Assembly: GCA_964635715.1 (NCBI GenBank)
Contig: CAZWNZ010000001.1
Location: 10,358 to 74,357 of the forward strand
DNA from: an uncultured Gammaproteobacteria bacterium
Lineage (GTDB): Bacteria; Patescibacteriota; Microgenomatia; UBA8517
Direction: 5' to 3'
Length of the DNA: 64,000 nucleotides
A program made the position numbers and the translations under genes. Below the pieces are notes generated by a model. The model searched no databases, was not told where the DNA came from, and worked only from the letters and a program-made list of their open reading frames with translations. This document shows, piece after piece, positions 15,640 through 27,000 of this stretch (position 1 is its first letter; each line of letters opens with the position of its first letter).

Positions 15640-17808
15640 TTACCCTCTTGGCATTTCAACCTTACCGCTTTTTGCCACAACTTGGGCCGTAATGTGGCTG
15701 GGAACTATATCATAATGCGATGGTTCGACATAAGCCCTGGCTCTACCTTGAGTTAAGGACCTAAGCTTGGTGGCATATCCTGAAAGTTCGGCTAAAGGTG
15801 CCTGGGCATAAATTACAGTCTCGCCTGCTTTCTCTTCTGAGCCGGAAACCTGCGCACGTTTACTGGAAAGGTCTCCTATTACATCTCCCATATATTCACC
15901 GGGTGTAAAGACCTCAACTTTCATAATAGGTTCAAGAAGGGTCGGGTTACTGTGTTTAAATGCATCCTCAAGAGCCATTGACCCTGCAATTTTGAAAGCC
16001 ATTTCAGAAGAATCAACCTCATGGTAACTTCCGTCATAAACAACAACCCTCATGTCAACCATCGGGAATCCTGCCATAACTCCGTTCTCCATTTTTTCAA
16101 CAATCCCTTTCTCAATAGCCGGAACATATTCTGACGGAATAGCCCCACCTTTGATTTCGCTTTTGAATTCAAATCCCTCACCGCGTCCGAGAGGCTCAAG
16201 TCTAAGCAAACAGTGTCCATATTGCCCGCGACCACCTGTCTGCCTGATGTATTTTCCCTCACCTTGTCCGATCTTACCAATAGTCTCTTTATAGGCAACC
16301 TGGGGTGCACCTGTACTGGCAATAACATTAAATTCTCTTTTCATACGATCTACCAGTACTTCAAGCTGAAGTTCTCCCATACCGCTAATAATGGTTTGTC
16401 CGGTTTCGGGGTTGCTTTTGATCCTAAACGTCGGATCCTCATCCGAAAGTTTATTTAAAGCTATTCCCATTTTTTCCTGATCAATCTTAGTGGCAGGTTC
16501 AATCGCCAAAGAAATAACAGGTTCCGGGAAATTAATTGATTCAAGAATAATCGGATGAGTAGAATCACAAATCGTATCACCGGTTGAAGTGTCTTTTGTT
16601 CCCACAACTGCTACAATTTCACCGGCAAATGCTTCTTCAATAAGTTCTCTTTGGTCTGCATGAAGCAAAACCAGCTTGCCGATTCTCTCGTTTTTTTGAT
16701 TTGAAGTGTTGTAAACCTCTTGTCCGGTTTTAATTGATCCTGAATAAACTCTGACATAAACCAAACGTCCGACGTGAGGATCTGTCATTACTTTAAAAGC
16801 AAGGGCACTCATCGGAGCTTCGTTTTTCCTGTCACGCGTTTCCTCAGTGCCCGTCTTTGGGTTAGTACCGACAACGGGAGGCAAGTCGGTAGGAGACGGC
16901 AAATATTCGACTACACCATTCAAAAGAAGCTGGCTTTCAGCCGTACGATTATCACCGCCAAACACCGGGAAGAATTTTCCGGTTATAACTCCTTTTCTAA
17001 TCGCTCTTTTAATAACTGACTCATCCGGTTCTTTTCCTTCAAGGTATAGATTCAGGGCTTCATCATCAAACTCGGAGACTTTCTCTATTAGCTCGGTTCT
17101 GTATTTCTTAGCCATATCAACTAAATCTGCCGGAATTTCCTCTTCGACCAAATCATGATCTTCTACCGCTTTGTACGTAAAAGCCTTCATTTTTATAAGA
17201 TCTACCACTCCCCTATGTTCATGCTCGAGTCCGATTGGAATTATGATCGGTGAAGCATTGGCTTTGAGTCTTTCACGAATTGACTTGATTGCAGATTCGA
17301 AATCTGCACCAATTAAATTTAACTTATTAAGAACACAAATTCTCGGAACATTGTATTTGTCAGCCTGTCTCCAAACCGTTTCGGATTGACTTTCAACTCC
17401 AGTTCTGCCGTCAAAGACCATAACAGCTCCATCCAAAACTCTCAAAGATCGCTCAACCTCTGCTGTAAAGTCGATGTGGCCGGGGGTGTCGATAATATTA
17501 ATTCTGTAATGCCCGGCCTCAACTGAAGTACTTTCTTTAATATCCCAAAAAGCAGTGATAGCAGCCGAAACAATTGTTATTCCACGTTCCCGCTCTTGAG
17601 CCATCCAATCCGTAACAGTTGTTCCTTCATCAACTGAACCCAATTTATAAGTGCGCCCTGTTTCAAAAAGAAGACGTTCTGTAGTTGTAGTTTTGCCGGC
17701 ATCGATATGGGCAATAATTCCAATGTTTCTAATTTTTTCATAGGAAACATTGCGATCTTTTGTCGCAGTAATTACTATACTAGCCTTTTTCTTTGCTACT
17801 TCTGCCAT
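15640..17808 (-). CDS. fusA: elongation factor G
   Basis: AHIDAGKTTTTERLLF...; 722 aa; str-operon position. Confidence 0.97.
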   Translation of the reverse strand: MAEVAKKKASIVITATKDRNVSYEKIRNIGIIAHIDAGKTTTTERLLFETGRTYKLGSVDEGTTVTDWMAQERERGITIVSAAITAFWDIKESTSVEAGHYRINIIDTPGHIDFTAEVERSLRVLDGAVMVFDGRTGVESQSETVWRQADKYNVPRICVLNKLNLIGADFESAIKSIRERLKANASPIIIPIGLEHEHRGVVDLIKMKAFTYKAVEDHDLVEEEIPADLVDMAKKYRTELIEKVSEFDDEALNLYLEGKEPDESVIKRAIRKGVITGKFFPVFGGDNRTAESQLLLNGVVEYLPSPTDLPPVVGTNPKTGTEETRDRKNEAPMSALAFKVMTDPHVGRLVYVRVYSGSIKTGQEVYNTSNQKNERIGKLVLLHADQRELIEEAFAGEIVAVVGTKDTSTGDTICDSTHPIILESINFPEPVISLAIEPATKIDQEKMGIALNKLSDEDPTFRIKSNPETGQTIISGMGELQLEVLVDRMKREFNVIASTGAPQVAYKETIGKIGQGEGKYIRQTGGRGQYGHCLLRLEPLGRGEGFEFKSEIKGGAIPSEYVPAIEKGIVEKMENGVMAGFPMVDMRVVVYDGSYHEVDSSEMAFKIAGSMALEDAFKHSNPTLLEPIMKVEVFTPGEYMGDVIGDLSSKRAQVSGSEEKAGETVIYAQAPLAELSGYATKLRSLTQGRARAYVEPSHYDIVPSHITAQVVAKSGKVEMPRG

Positions 17809-17896
17809 ATCAGTTTGAATCTAGAATCTTGAATGTGGAATCTAGAGGACAAGAGTGATTTTAACAGGAGATTGAATCTAAATCAATAACAGATGA

Positions 17897-18330
17897 TTAA
17901 AATTTTCTATTTACTAGATGCCTATCTGTGTAAATAAGAACGTTTTGACCTTTGAAATTTAGATTATCTCTCTTTACTTTGAAACCTTGATTTTTTGCAT
18001 AATCAATTAGTGATTCTAACCAATTTACATTTGGTTTTTTAACTAAGGGTTCATCAATTACACAACAGGGTCAACCACGGTTACATCCCAGCCGTTTATA
18101 TTTAACAAAAGTGAAAGCAATCCTTTTCCACCACCAACATCTAAGGCTTTGGTGGGTTTGTATTTTTGGCTAAGCCACATCTGTAAAAGCTGAAAACGAA
18201 ACTTGTTGTTCAATCTTCGTTTTGTATTCATTAATCGGATTATACATTTTTTTAAATAATGAATTATATTATCTATTTTAATATTAATTAGTTCGATGGT
18301 TCGAACTATGGTACTATAAATATATGACAC
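17897..18330 (-). pseudogene. class I SAM-dependent methyltransferase remnant, frameshifted after motif I
   Basis: ORF 18058-18330 ends ...ALDVGGGKGLLSLLLNINGWDVTVVDPVV* (motif I). A second frame continues DEPLVKKPNVNWLESLIDYAKNQGFKVKRDNLNFKGQNVLIYTD... to a stop at 17897-17899. Confidence 0.45.
18289..18309. repeat. 21-bp direct repeat, 5' copy flanking TrpR-like gene 2 (8-4-8 dyad tagttcga-tggt-tcgaacta)
   Basis: tagttcgatggttcgaactat, identical to 18765-18785. Confidence 0.85.
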
Positions 18331-18767
18331 AAGTTTCTAGACATTTTATGAATCCTGATATTGAAAAGCGAGTTTATGAGGTATTTATAGAATCTGTTAA
18401 AAACACCAGAAATTCAAATGAAGTAATTGATTTTTTAAATGACTTACTTTCCCCTGTCGAAAAAATTATGATGGCAAAAAGAGTGGCCGTCGCATTTCTT
18501 TTACTTCAGGATAAATATACCTATGACCAAATTTCCAAAACCGTAAAGGTTAGTAGGGGTACAATTGCAAAAATTCATACCACTTTTGCTCTACAAGGAA
18601 AGGGGTATAGAAAAATTCTGGGAGATATTCTTAAAAGGAAAGTTGCGAAAATTGCATTATCGGAACTATTAGACGCGATAACTCTTCTTCCTCCAAAAGG
18701 TGCAAATCTTGGAGAATGGAAAAAGATGAAACGAAATGACAAATTAAAGAGAGAAAGTCCAATATAG
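18324..18767 (+). CDS. TrpR/YerC-like helix-turn-helix DNA-binding protein (paralogue 2 of 3)
   Basis: FLNDLLSPVEKIMMAKRVAVAFLLLQDKYTYDQISKTVKVSRGTIAKI (TrpR helix pattern). Confidence 0.6.
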   Translation: MTQVSRHFMNPDIEKRVYEVFIESVKNTRNSNEVIDFLNDLLSPVEKIMMAKRVAVAFLLLQDKYTYDQISKTVKVSRGTIAKIHTTFALQGKGYRKILGDILKRKVAKIALSELLDAITLLPPKGANLGEWKKMKRNDKLKRESPI

Positions 18768-18785
18768 TTCGATGGTTCGAACTAT
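18765..18785. repeat. 21-bp direct repeat, 3' copy flanking TrpR-like gene 2 (overlaps its TAG stop)
   Basis: tagttcgatggttcgaactat. Confidence 0.85.
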
Positions 18786-18884
18786 CGAACTACTTCGTGA
18801 GATAATCAACGATTAGATTAATTTAGTCTAATAAAAGAAACTATTAAGAAAATTACTTGAAGTCAATAGCAAAAAATGCCGATT

Positions 18885-19364
18885 CTACCAACGAAAATGA
18901 CTGAAGGCCTTATTTGCTTCTGCCACCCTTTCCATATCAGTTCTTTTCTTCACTGCCGCACCTTCGCCTTTTGCTGCATCCATTATTTCCGCTGCCAATT
19001 TTGCACCGTAAGTGTGAAATTCCGAGTTGGGTCGGGAATTAGCTGCAGCAACCAACCATCTAATAGCTAATGAGTCGCGTCTCACTCCGCGAACAGCCTG
19101 AGGAACCTGATATGCAGCACCACCGATTCTTCTTGGACGAACCTCCATAGTTGGTTTAATATTTTCCAGAGCCTGATTAAAAACTTTCAACGGATCACCA
19201 TCTGTTTTTTCTTTAATAATGTCGAATGCTTCGTAAACCTCATGTCTGGCCACTGATTTCTTACCATCAAACATACTCCTGTTAATAAGTTTAGTAACAA
19301 GCCTGCTACTGTAAAACGGATCAGGTTCTACGACTCTTACTTTAATTGCTCCTTTTCTTGCCAT
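18885..19364 (-). CDS. rpsG: 30S ribosomal protein S7
   Basis: S7 family (...MFDGKKSVARHEVYEAFD...AVRGVRRDSLAIRWLV...). Confidence 0.94.
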   Translation of the reverse strand: MARKGAIKVRVVEPDPFYSSRLVTKLINRSMFDGKKSVARHEVYEAFDIIKEKTDGDPLKVFNQALENIKPTMEVRPRRIGGAAYQVPQAVRGVRRDSLAIRWLVAAANSRPNSEFHTYGAKLAAEIMDAAKGEGAAVKKRTDMERVAEANKAFSHFRW

Positions 19365-19367
19365 ACT

Positions 19368-19784
19368 TTATTTTGATGCCCCTTTCTTTGCTCCATATTT
19401 GCTTCTTCCCGCCTGACGGCCGGAAACTCCGGTTGTATCATATCTGCCTCTAACTACATGGTATTTGACTCCGGGAAGGTCCTTAACACGCCCTCCTCTT
19501 ACCATAACAATTGAATGCTCCGCAAGTTCATGTCCTTCTCCCGGAATATAAGCTGTAATTTCCTGTTTATTGGAAAGTCTTACTCTGGCAACTTTACGAA
19601 GAGCAGAGTTCGGTTTTTTAGGTGTCATCGTACGGACAGCCAGGACAACCCCTCTTTTAAATGACGAGTGGCTATTGGAAAATTTTCTTGTCACAGCATT
19701 GAAAGACCTCTTTAATGCTGTCGTTTTAGTCTTTCTGAGAACTCTCTTTCTGCCGGTTCTTACTAATTGGTTTATTGTTGGCAT
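19368..19784 (-). CDS. rpsL: 30S ribosomal protein S12
   Basis: [14 protein letters not shown]...[18 protein letters not shown]... Confidence 0.95.
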   Translation of the reverse strand: MPTINQLVRTGRKRVLRKTKTTALKRSFNAVTRKFSNSHSSFKRGVVLAVRTMTPKKPNSALRKVARVRLSNKQEITAYIPGEGHELAEHSIVMVRGGRVKDLPGVKYHVVRGRYDTTGVSGRQAGRSKYGAKKGASK

Positions 19785-19788
19785 ATTT

Positions 19789-22700
19789 TTAATCTTGAGA
19801 TATACGTGCTCTCTCGGGTGATACCGGGATAAGTCTGCCTATAATAACATTCTCCTTAAGGCCAACAAGGTTGTCTTCACGTCCCAAAAGGGATGCCTCA
19901 GTTAGAACATCAGTTGTTTGTTCAAATGACGCAGCTGAAAGCCAGCTGTCTGTGTAAAGAGCACGCCTGGTTATACCCAAAACAACCTGTTGTGCACTTG
20001 CGGGTTCACCTCCGGCTGCCAACACTTTATCGTTTTCTTCATCAAAATTAGTACGTGAGGTTAACTCTCCCGGAAGGAAAGGTGTATCTCCGGTGGTCAC
20101 TATTCTAACCTCATCACTCATTTTTCTAACTATAACTTCTATGTGCCTGTCGTTAATCGGAATCCCCTGTGATTCATAAACTTTCTGAATTTCATTAACA
20201 ATATATTCTTGTGCCGAACGAAGACCCTTTATCGATAATATATCTTTTATATCCAATGATCCTTTAGACAAGGCTTTTCCTGCCTCAATTAATTCTCCGT
20301 CCTCAACAGCCAACTCTAAAGTTTTTGGAATTATGTATTCCTTCTCTTCTTTAGGTGTCCCTTTGCTGGTAACTGTAACTTTCCAACCATCATCAGATTC
20401 AGAAACTCGCACTTTTCCTGTAATCTCTGAAAGTGCCGAAACAACTTTGGGAAGACGGGCTTCAACTAATTCCTCAACACGAGGAAGACCCTGGGTAACA
20501 TCAACACCTACAACACCGGCTGAATGTTTAGTACGAAGAGTAAGTTGAGTTCCGGGTTCTCCGATTGACTGAGCGGCAACAACTCCGACAGGTGAACCCA
20601 CTTCAACCAAAGATTTTGTTCCAAGATCCCATCCATAACACTTTACACAAATTCCACGTCTGGCTTTGCAGGTAAGAGGGGATCTTATAATAACCGATTC
20701 AATTCCCTCTGCATCAATCTTTTTAGCCGCTACCTCATCTATAATCTCGCCTGCTGGTACAATAACTGTCTTTTTACTCTTACCTACAACATCTTTTGCA
20801 GCAAACCTGCCCATAATTCTGGCAGCAAATGATTGTGGTCTGATTTCTTTCTTAACTTCAAAGCCTTCTTTTGCTCCACAATCATCAAGTCTAACGATAA
20901 GGTCATGTGCCACATCAACAAGTCTACGTGTAAGATAACCCGCATCAGCGGTCTTGATAGCTGTATCAGTAAGTCCCTTTCTTGATCCACGGGAGGATGT
21001 AACATATTCAAATTCGGAAAGGCCTTCTCTGAAATTGCTCTTAATGGGAAGCTCAACAATCTTACCCATAGGGTCAACTACCAAACCGCGGATGGCGGCC
21101 AGCTGTTTGACCTGATCCCTTGAGGCACGTCCGACTTTTGCGTCAATAACTATACGTATCGGGTTTGTTGGCTCCATTTCATTCCATGTTTTGTCTGCCA
21201 AATCCTCAGAAACGTCAATCCAAACTTCCTGAGTGAGGCGTCTCTTTTCTTCAGCTGTAATAAGACCCTGATTAAAGTTTTCCTCTATCTCAGAAACTTT
21301 TTTATCAGCTTCACCAAGAACCTTGGCTTTGCCTGGATAAACTTTGGCATCAAAAATTCCGAATGAAATTCCGGAAATTGTTCCACCATAAAATCCTAAA
21401 TCTTTAACATCGTCAACAAGCTGGACGACTCTTTCTCTGGACACTGTTGAGTACGCTTTAACAAACAAACCTTTTATTACAGAAGACGTAACCGACTCAT
21501 TTATGAAATCAAAATTTTCTGGCAAAACTTCATTGAAAAGAAGTCTACCGACTGTTGTCTCAATGATTTTTTTATCCAATCTAACTTGTATCTTTTGCCT
21601 AATATCAATTTTTCCGATTTGTTGAGCAAAGATTGCTTCCTCTTTATCGGAAAAAATGGTCGGGTAGACTTTAAGATCAGTGTTGGCTGATGTCAGATAG
21701 AAAACGCCAAGTGCAATTTCTTTGCTAGAAGGAGTCGCTGCCGGACCTCCATCACTAGGTTTTAACAAATTGTTTGTAGGAAGCATTAGTGTCTTAGCTT
21801 CTTCAACTGCTTTATCTGAAAGCGGAACATGTACAGCCATCTGATCTCCGTCAAAATCAGCATTAAATCCGCTACAAACTGCAGGATGAAGTCTTATAGC
21901 ACTTCCCTCAATAAGAACCGGATAGAATGATTGAATTGAAAGTTTGTGTAAAGTAGGTGCACGATTCAAAAGAACAGGATGATCTTTGGTAATTTCCTCC
22001 AAAATATCAAAAACCTCCGGCGGGCGTCTTTCGAGCATGTTCTTAGCACTTTTAACATTCGGGGCAATTCCGCGTGCAATCATTTCACGAAGCACAAACG
22101 GCTTAAACATCTCAAGAGCCATGTCTTTTGGAAGTCCGCATTGAGTAAGTTTTAATTCAGGCCCAACGATGATAACGCTACGTCCTGAGTAATCAACACG
22201 CTTACCCAAAAGATTCTGTCTAAATCTTCCTTGTTTTCCTCGAAGCATGTCTGAAAGAGATCTAAGAGGTTGTCTACCCCTAGATTTCCTGGTCGCTTTT
22301 CTTTGAGATGCATCAATCAAAGAATCCACAGCCTCCTGAAGCATTCTTTTCTCATTTCGTAGTATTATTTCAGGAGCTCCAAGACCAATAAGGTGTTTTA
22401 AACGATTATTTCTATTAATAACCCTTCTATAGAGATCATTTAAGTCAGATGTTGCAAAACGCCCACCAGAAAGCTGAACCATTGGGCGGAGGTCAGGAGG
22501 TAAAACCGGTAAGACTTTCAAAACCATCCATGCCGGATTGATTTTGGCACGCTTAAGACCATCAATAAGTTTAAGTCTTTTAACTATCTTAATATATTTC
22601 GAGCTTCCACCTTTTGTAGAATTAATCTCTTCGCGAAGCTCCTTGGCTACTTCTTCAATGTTTACTTTACCTATTGCCTCAAGAACAGCGTCAGCACCCA

Positions 22701-23508
22701 TTTTGGCTGTAAAGAATTCTGTCGCTTCATGTTCATAGAGCTCATCGTATTCCTCTTCACTTAAAATGCTTAAGGGTTTTAATCCTTTAACAATAATTGT
22801 AAGGTTGTCAAAAAGCTCGCTTGTGCGGGCGATCGTGTTTTTCTCTTCCTCATTAAGTGCGGCCTCCTTTTTTCTAAGGTTAAGTTCAATTTCAGCCAGT
22901 GCCAATGATGCCTGTTCTTTATCTTTAATTTTTGTTTCAACTTTTCCTTTCGCCTCATTTTCTTCAACTTTAAGAGCATCGCGTTTTGATTTAAAGCTCT
23001 CAGCTATCTCGTTCAAACTTTCTTCTTTTGCCTCAAGAATGTTTTTGATAGAAGCTTTCCTGCCTTCTTCATCAACTTCAGTAACCAAATACCTGGCGAA
23101 ATAAATTACCTGTTCAACTCCCCTGGGAGCCACACCCAAAAGAAGAGAGATTTTGCTGGGAGCTCCTTTGAAAAACCAAACGTGAGCAACGGGGGTGGCT
23201 AAAGTAATATGACCCATTCTTTCGCGCCTGACACGACTTTCGGTGACTTCAACTCCACATTTGTCGCAAATCACACCCTTGTATCTTATTCTCTTGTATT
23301 TTCCACAGTAACATTCCCAATCCTTTGTCGGACCAAAAATGCGCTCATCAAAAAGTCCGTCTTTTTCAGGTTTTAAGGTTCTATAATTGATAGTTTCTGG
23401 TTTAGTAATTTCTCCACGAGACCATGCACGAATCTCCTCAGGAGAGGCCAACCTTATAATTAAACTTTTAAAATCCGCTAAATTTTTAAGATCTGTTAAT
23501 TGTTCCAT
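19789..23508 (-). CDS. rpoC: DNA-directed RNA polymerase subunit beta'
   Basis: [12 protein letters not shown] catalytic motif; zinc-finger Cys cluster [23 protein letters not shown]; 1239 aa. Confidence 0.97.
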   Translation of the reverse strand: MEQLTDLKNLADFKSLIIRLASPEEIRAWSRGEITKPETINYRTLKPEKDGLFDERIFGPTKDWECYCGKYKRIRYKGVICDKCGVEVTESRVRRERMGHITLATPVAHVWFFKGAPSKISLLLGVAPRGVEQVIYFARYLVTEVDEEGRKASIKNILEAKEESLNEIAESFKSKRDALKVEENEAKGKVETKIKDKEQASLALAEIELNLRKKEAALNEEEKNTIARTSELFDNLTIIVKGLKPLSILSEEEYDELYEHEATEFFTAKMGADAVLEAIGKVNIEEVAKELREEINSTKGGSSKYIKIVKRLKLIDGLKRAKINPAWMVLKVLPVLPPDLRPMVQLSGGRFATSDLNDLYRRVINRNNRLKHLIGLGAPEIILRNEKRMLQEAVDSLIDASQRKATRKSRGRQPLRSLSDMLRGKQGRFRQNLLGKRVDYSGRSVIIVGPELKLTQCGLPKDMALEMFKPFVLREMIARGIAPNVKSAKNMLERRPPEVFDILEEITKDHPVLLNRAPTLHKLSIQSFYPVLIEGSAIRLHPAVCSGFNADFDGDQMAVHVPLSDKAVEEAKTLMLPTNNLLKPSDGGPAATPSSKEIALGVFYLTSANTDLKVYPTIFSDKEEAIFAQQIGKIDIRQKIQVRLDKKIIETTVGRLLFNEVLPENFDFINESVTSSVIKGLFVKAYSTVSRERVVQLVDDVKDLGFYGGTISGISFGIFDAKVYPGKAKVLGEADKKVSEIEENFNQGLITAEEKRRLTQEVWIDVSEDLADKTWNEMEPTNPIRIVIDAKVGRASRDQVKQLAAIRGLVVDPMGKIVELPIKSNFREGLSEFEYVTSSRGSRKGLTDTAIKTADAGYLTRRLVDVAHDLIVRLDDCGAKEGFEVKKEIRPQSFAARIMGRFAAKDVVGKSKKTVIVPAGEIIDEVAAKKIDAEGIESVIIRSPLTCKARRGICVKCYGWDLGTKSLVEVGSPVGVVAAQSIGEPGTQLTLRTKHSAGVVGVDVTQGLPRVEELVEARLPKVVSALSEITGKVRVSESDDGWKVTVTSKGTPKEEKEYIIPKTLELAVEDGELIEAGKALSKGSLDIKDILSIKGLRSAQEYIVNEIQKVYESQGIPINDRHIEVIVRKMSDEVRIVTTGDTPFLPGELTSRTNFDEENDKVLAAGGEPASAQQVVLGITRRALYTDSWLSAASFEQTTDVLTEASLLGREDNLVGLKENVIIGRLIPVSPERARISQD

Positions 23509-23520
23509 GAAATTCGTATT

Positions 23521-26500
23521 TTAACTCACAATCTCTGTTACTTCCATCGGACCTTTGTCTTCTGTTAACTCATCTGTTGCAACAATTTCTGCCCCGGCAG
23601 CTTCAGCCAGTTGTTCACCTTCCGCTAGATCGACAGAAGAAGTGTCTTTTACAACTACTGCACCTTTAGGATCAATTGATAAACCTAAAGAATTAAGTTC
23701 TCTAACTAAAACTTTAAAGCTTTCCGGAATTGTCGATTCTGGAATTTCTGTTCCTTTAACTATCGCTTCAAAAGCCTTTGCACGACCCAAAACATCATCG
23801 GATTTTATCGTCAACATTTCCTGCAAAGTGTGAGACGCTCTGTGTGCTTCAAGCGCCCAAACCTCCATTTCACCAAGGCGCTGACCTCCCATTTGAGCTT
23901 TACCTCCAAGAGGTTGTTGAGTAACCAAAGAATATGGACCTGTAGATCTGGCATGTGTTTTGTCTTCTACCATGTGAGTAAGTTTCATTATGTAAGAAAC
24001 TCCGACGACTGTTTCTTCCTCAAATGACTGGCCGGTTCTACCATCATAAAGCCTGGTTTTTCCATTAACCGGAAGTCCTGCCTTTTTAAGCTCGTCGGCA
24101 ATAACATCAGCATCAATTTTGTCAAAAACAGGAAGTGCTCCTTTAATTCCTTCTGATTTCAACGCCCAACCAAGGTGAGCTTCCATAAGTTGACCCAAAT
24201 TCATACGGGAAATAACAGAAAGAGGTGAAATTAGAATGTCGACCGAAGTTCCGTCCTCCAAATAAGGCATGTCTGCTACGGGCATAATTTTGCTCACAAC
24301 ACCTTTATTTCCATGACGTCCGGCAACTTTATCACCAACAGTGATCTTTCTAATTTGGGCAACTCTGATAATCACTTTCTTAATTACACCCGGGCCAAGT
24401 TCGTCACCTTTGTCGCGATCAAGAATCTGAACTTCAACAACAGTTCCACGTTCTCCATGTGGAACCCTCAAAGAAGTATCACGCACTTCTCTTGCCTTTT
24501 CTCCGAATATTGCCCTAAGAAGTCTTTCTTCCGATGTCAATTCCGTTTCACCCTTGGGGGCAATTTTACCAACTAGAATATCATTTGGTCCAACTTCAGC
24601 TCCAATCATAACAATTCCATCACTTGCCAAATTGGCAAGTTCAGCCTCGGATACATTGGGGATATCATTTGTAATTTCTTCCGGTCCAAGCTTTGTATCA
24701 ACAACTTCGGCTTCGTATTCTTCGATGTGAACAGATGTTAAAAGATCTTCTTTAACAAGCCTGTCTGAAATAAGGATTGCGTCTTCAAATCCGTAACCTC
24801 CAAGGCTGGTGTATGCGATAGTGAGGTTTCGACCCAAACCAAGTTCTCCATCTTCACTGGAAGGTCCATCTATCAAAAGATCACCGGGAACAACTTTTCC
24901 ACCCGGTTTAATTCTGGTTATTTGGTTATAGCAGGTTGAATGAGCTGTTCTTTTAAATTTTGTGAGATAGTACACCTCTTTAGTGCCGCCATCGGTCACC
25001 TCAACATCCCCATCTGTCATATCTCCGTCTTTTAGTTTCTTTTCAAGCTTAACAACCACTTTTTCGCCATCAGCAAACTCCACAACACCCGAATGTTTTG
25101 CCCTTATGACTCTCTGCATACCGGAAGAAATTTCGCCTTCCATTCCGGTTCCAACGATTGGAGATTCAGGATTCACTAAAGGAACTGCCTGACACTGCAT
25201 GTTAGATCCCATAAGTGCACGGTTTCCTTCATCATTTGCAAGAAATGGAATTAACGAAGCGGAAGCGCCAATAACCTGACGGGGTGTGACATCGATATAT
25301 TCAACCAAGTTTGCAGGACCCTCGATAAACTTTCCCTTATACCTTAGAGGTACTCTTTTGTCTGTTAGATAGCCTTTCTCATCCATACCAACTCCTGAAT
25401 GTGTGATGTAATGATCTTCTTCATCATCAGCTGTCAAATAAACAATTTCATCACTAACCTTAGCTTTTTTGCCTTCTTTAACAACTTTTTTATATAAGGT
25501 TTCTATAAAACCAAACTCATCAACCTTGGCATATAAGGCCAAATAGGTAACAAGTCCAATGTTTGGTCCCTCCGGACTTCTTATTGGATCAATTCTTCCA
25601 TATTGAGAAGCATTAACGTCACGAATAGAGAAGGATGCTCTTTCTCTATTGATTCCACCTGTTCCCAGTACGGAAACACGTCTAAGATTATCGACTTCGC
25701 TCAGGGGATTTGTGTCATCCAAAATTGTGGAAAGTTGATTACTTCTAAAAAATTCATTCAATGATGCTATTAACGGTCTGGCGTTAATTAAAGTCGCAGG
25801 AAGCGGCTTGTCATCCGGAGAAATCAAGCTCATTTTTTCCTTAACACTTCTCTCCAGCCTCAAAAGTCCGACCCTAAAAGCGTTAACAGCCACAAGCTCA
25901 CCAACGCGCCTTAATCTGCGGTTACTTAAATGGTCTATATCGTCAACTTTGCCCGATCCGTTCTGCAATCCAACAAGATAGGATATTGTGGCCACTGCAT
26001 CCTGTTTGGTTAATACCCAATTGGCTTTTTCATTAGGAATACTAATATCAAGTTTTTTGTTGATTTTAAATCTTCCGACTTTACCTAAATCATACCTTCT
26101 GCCGTCTGTAAAAAGAGATGCAAAGAGTCCCTCGGCATTTTCTAAAACCGCTGGCTCACCCGGTCTCATCTTTCTGTAAATTTCAATCAAAGCTTCCTCT
26201 CTGGTTTTTGTAGCATCTTTATTTAAAGTCGCAGTAATATATTTATGATCCTTGTCTGTATCTACAGTTTTGAACGCATCAATTATTGCCTGATCACTAT
26301 CCAAACCTAAAGCACGAAGAAATGTAGAAGCCAAAACTTTCCTGCGTCTATCAATTCTGGCATAAATAAGATCCCCCCTTGTAATCTCGAACTCAAGCCA
26401 GCTGCCGTGAAGAGGACGTACTTCGGCTTTATAAAGAATTCTTCCTGAAGAAGGATCAAGTTCACCGGAAAAATAAGCACCCGGAGATCTGACAATCTGA

Positions 26501-26892
26501 TTAATAACCGCCCTCTCAATCCCATTAATAATAAATGTTCCCGCCGAAGTCATTTGAGGAATGTCTCCTAAGAAAACATCCTGGGAGACTTCAGATCCGG
26601 TTCTTTTATTAACAAGCGTTGCGCGAATCTTTAGAGGGGAGGAATACGTTATACCTTTTTTCTGTGCAAGTCTTGGAGAAATTCCTGGAAGACCTAGTGA
26701 ATGTTCGCCCAAAAACAGCTGCCAATTTTTGCCTGTAAAATCATCGATCGGAGAAACTGTTATGAGCTCTTCTTTTATACCCTCAGATAAAAACCATTGC
26801 CAACTTTCTCTTTGTACTTGGCTTAAATTAATTTCTGGTAAATCCTTTTCCTCCTTACCAAAATTTTTGCGGGTTTGTTTTTGAACTCTCAT
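23521..26892 (-). CDS. rpoB: DNA-directed RNA polymerase subunit beta
   Basis: RpoB motifs (GDKVAGRHGNKGVVS, ...MNVGQ-like); 1123 aa; adjacent to rpoC. Confidence 0.97.
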   Translation of the reverse strand: MRVQKQTRKNFGKEEKDLPEINLSQVQRESWQWFLSEGIKEELITVSPIDDFTGKNWQLFLGEHSLGLPGISPRLAQKKGITYSSPLKIRATLVNKRTGSEVSQDVFLGDIPQMTSAGTFIINGIERAVINQIVRSPGAYFSGELDPSSGRILYKAEVRPLHGSWLEFEITRGDLIYARIDRRRKVLASTFLRALGLDSDQAIIDAFKTVDTDKDHKYITATLNKDATKTREEALIEIYRKMRPGEPAVLENAEGLFASLFTDGRRYDLGKVGRFKINKKLDISIPNEKANWVLTKQDAVATISYLVGLQNGSGKVDDIDHLSNRRLRRVGELVAVNAFRVGLLRLERSVKEKMSLISPDDKPLPATLINARPLIASLNEFFRSNQLSTILDDTNPLSEVDNLRRVSVLGTGGINRERASFSIRDVNASQYGRIDPIRSPEGPNIGLVTYLALYAKVDEFGFIETLYKKVVKEGKKAKVSDEIVYLTADDEEDHYITHSGVGMDEKGYLTDKRVPLRYKGKFIEGPANLVEYIDVTPRQVIGASASLIPFLANDEGNRALMGSNMQCQAVPLVNPESPIVGTGMEGEISSGMQRVIRAKHSGVVEFADGEKVVVKLEKKLKDGDMTDGDVEVTDGGTKEVYYLTKFKRTAHSTCYNQITRIKPGGKVVPGDLLIDGPSSEDGELGLGRNLTIAYTSLGGYGFEDAILISDRLVKEDLLTSVHIEEYEAEVVDTKLGPEEITNDIPNVSEAELANLASDGIVMIGAEVGPNDILVGKIAPKGETELTSEERLLRAIFGEKAREVRDTSLRVPHGERGTVVEVQILDRDKGDELGPGVIKKVIIRVAQIRKITVGDKVAGRHGNKGVVSKIMPVADMPYLEDGTSVDILISPLSVISRMNLGQLMEAHLGWALKSEGIKGALPVFDKIDADVIADELKKAGLPVNGKTRLYDGRTGQSFEEETVVGVSYIMKLTHMVEDKTHARSTGPYSLVTQQPLGGKAQMGGQRLGEMEVWALEAHRASHTLQEMLTIKSDDVLGRAKAFEAIVKGTEIPESTIPESFKVLVRELNSLGLSIDPKGAVVVKDTSSVDLAEGEQLAEAAGAEIVATDELTEDKGPMEVTEIVS

Positions 26893-26972
26893 TATGTTTG
26901 GAAATTAAAACAACTAAAGACCCGCCACCATGAAGCGAGACGAGCGTACCATTCACGTACGCCTAAGATGGG

Positions 26973-27000
26973 ATTATACCTATATTTTCTCCTTTGTCAA
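26973..27000 (-). promoter_or_regulatory. consensus sigma70 promoter for rpoB (TTGACA-N16-TATAAT), about 75-nt leader
   Basis: Minus-strand cTTGACAaaggagaaaatataggTATAATccc; -35 at 26995-27000, -10 at 26973-26978. Confidence 0.6.

Noticed and set aside
18289-18309. GGTTCGAAC within the cassette-2 repeat resembles a tRNA T-arm (GGTTCGAATCC); considered as a tRNA fragment or att site
   Set aside because: No acceptor stem, anticodon arm or CCA context. The match is a by-product of the tagttcga/tcgaacta dyad.
20333-26525. Numerous 60-110-aa ORFs on the plus strand inside rpoC and rpoB (e.g. 20333-20548, 22766-23104, 23555-23833, 26561-26884)
   Set aside because: They lie antisense within long, well-supported conserved genes. 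Their composition is low-complexity Ser/Leu-rich, typical of antisense frames of AT-rich coding DNA.
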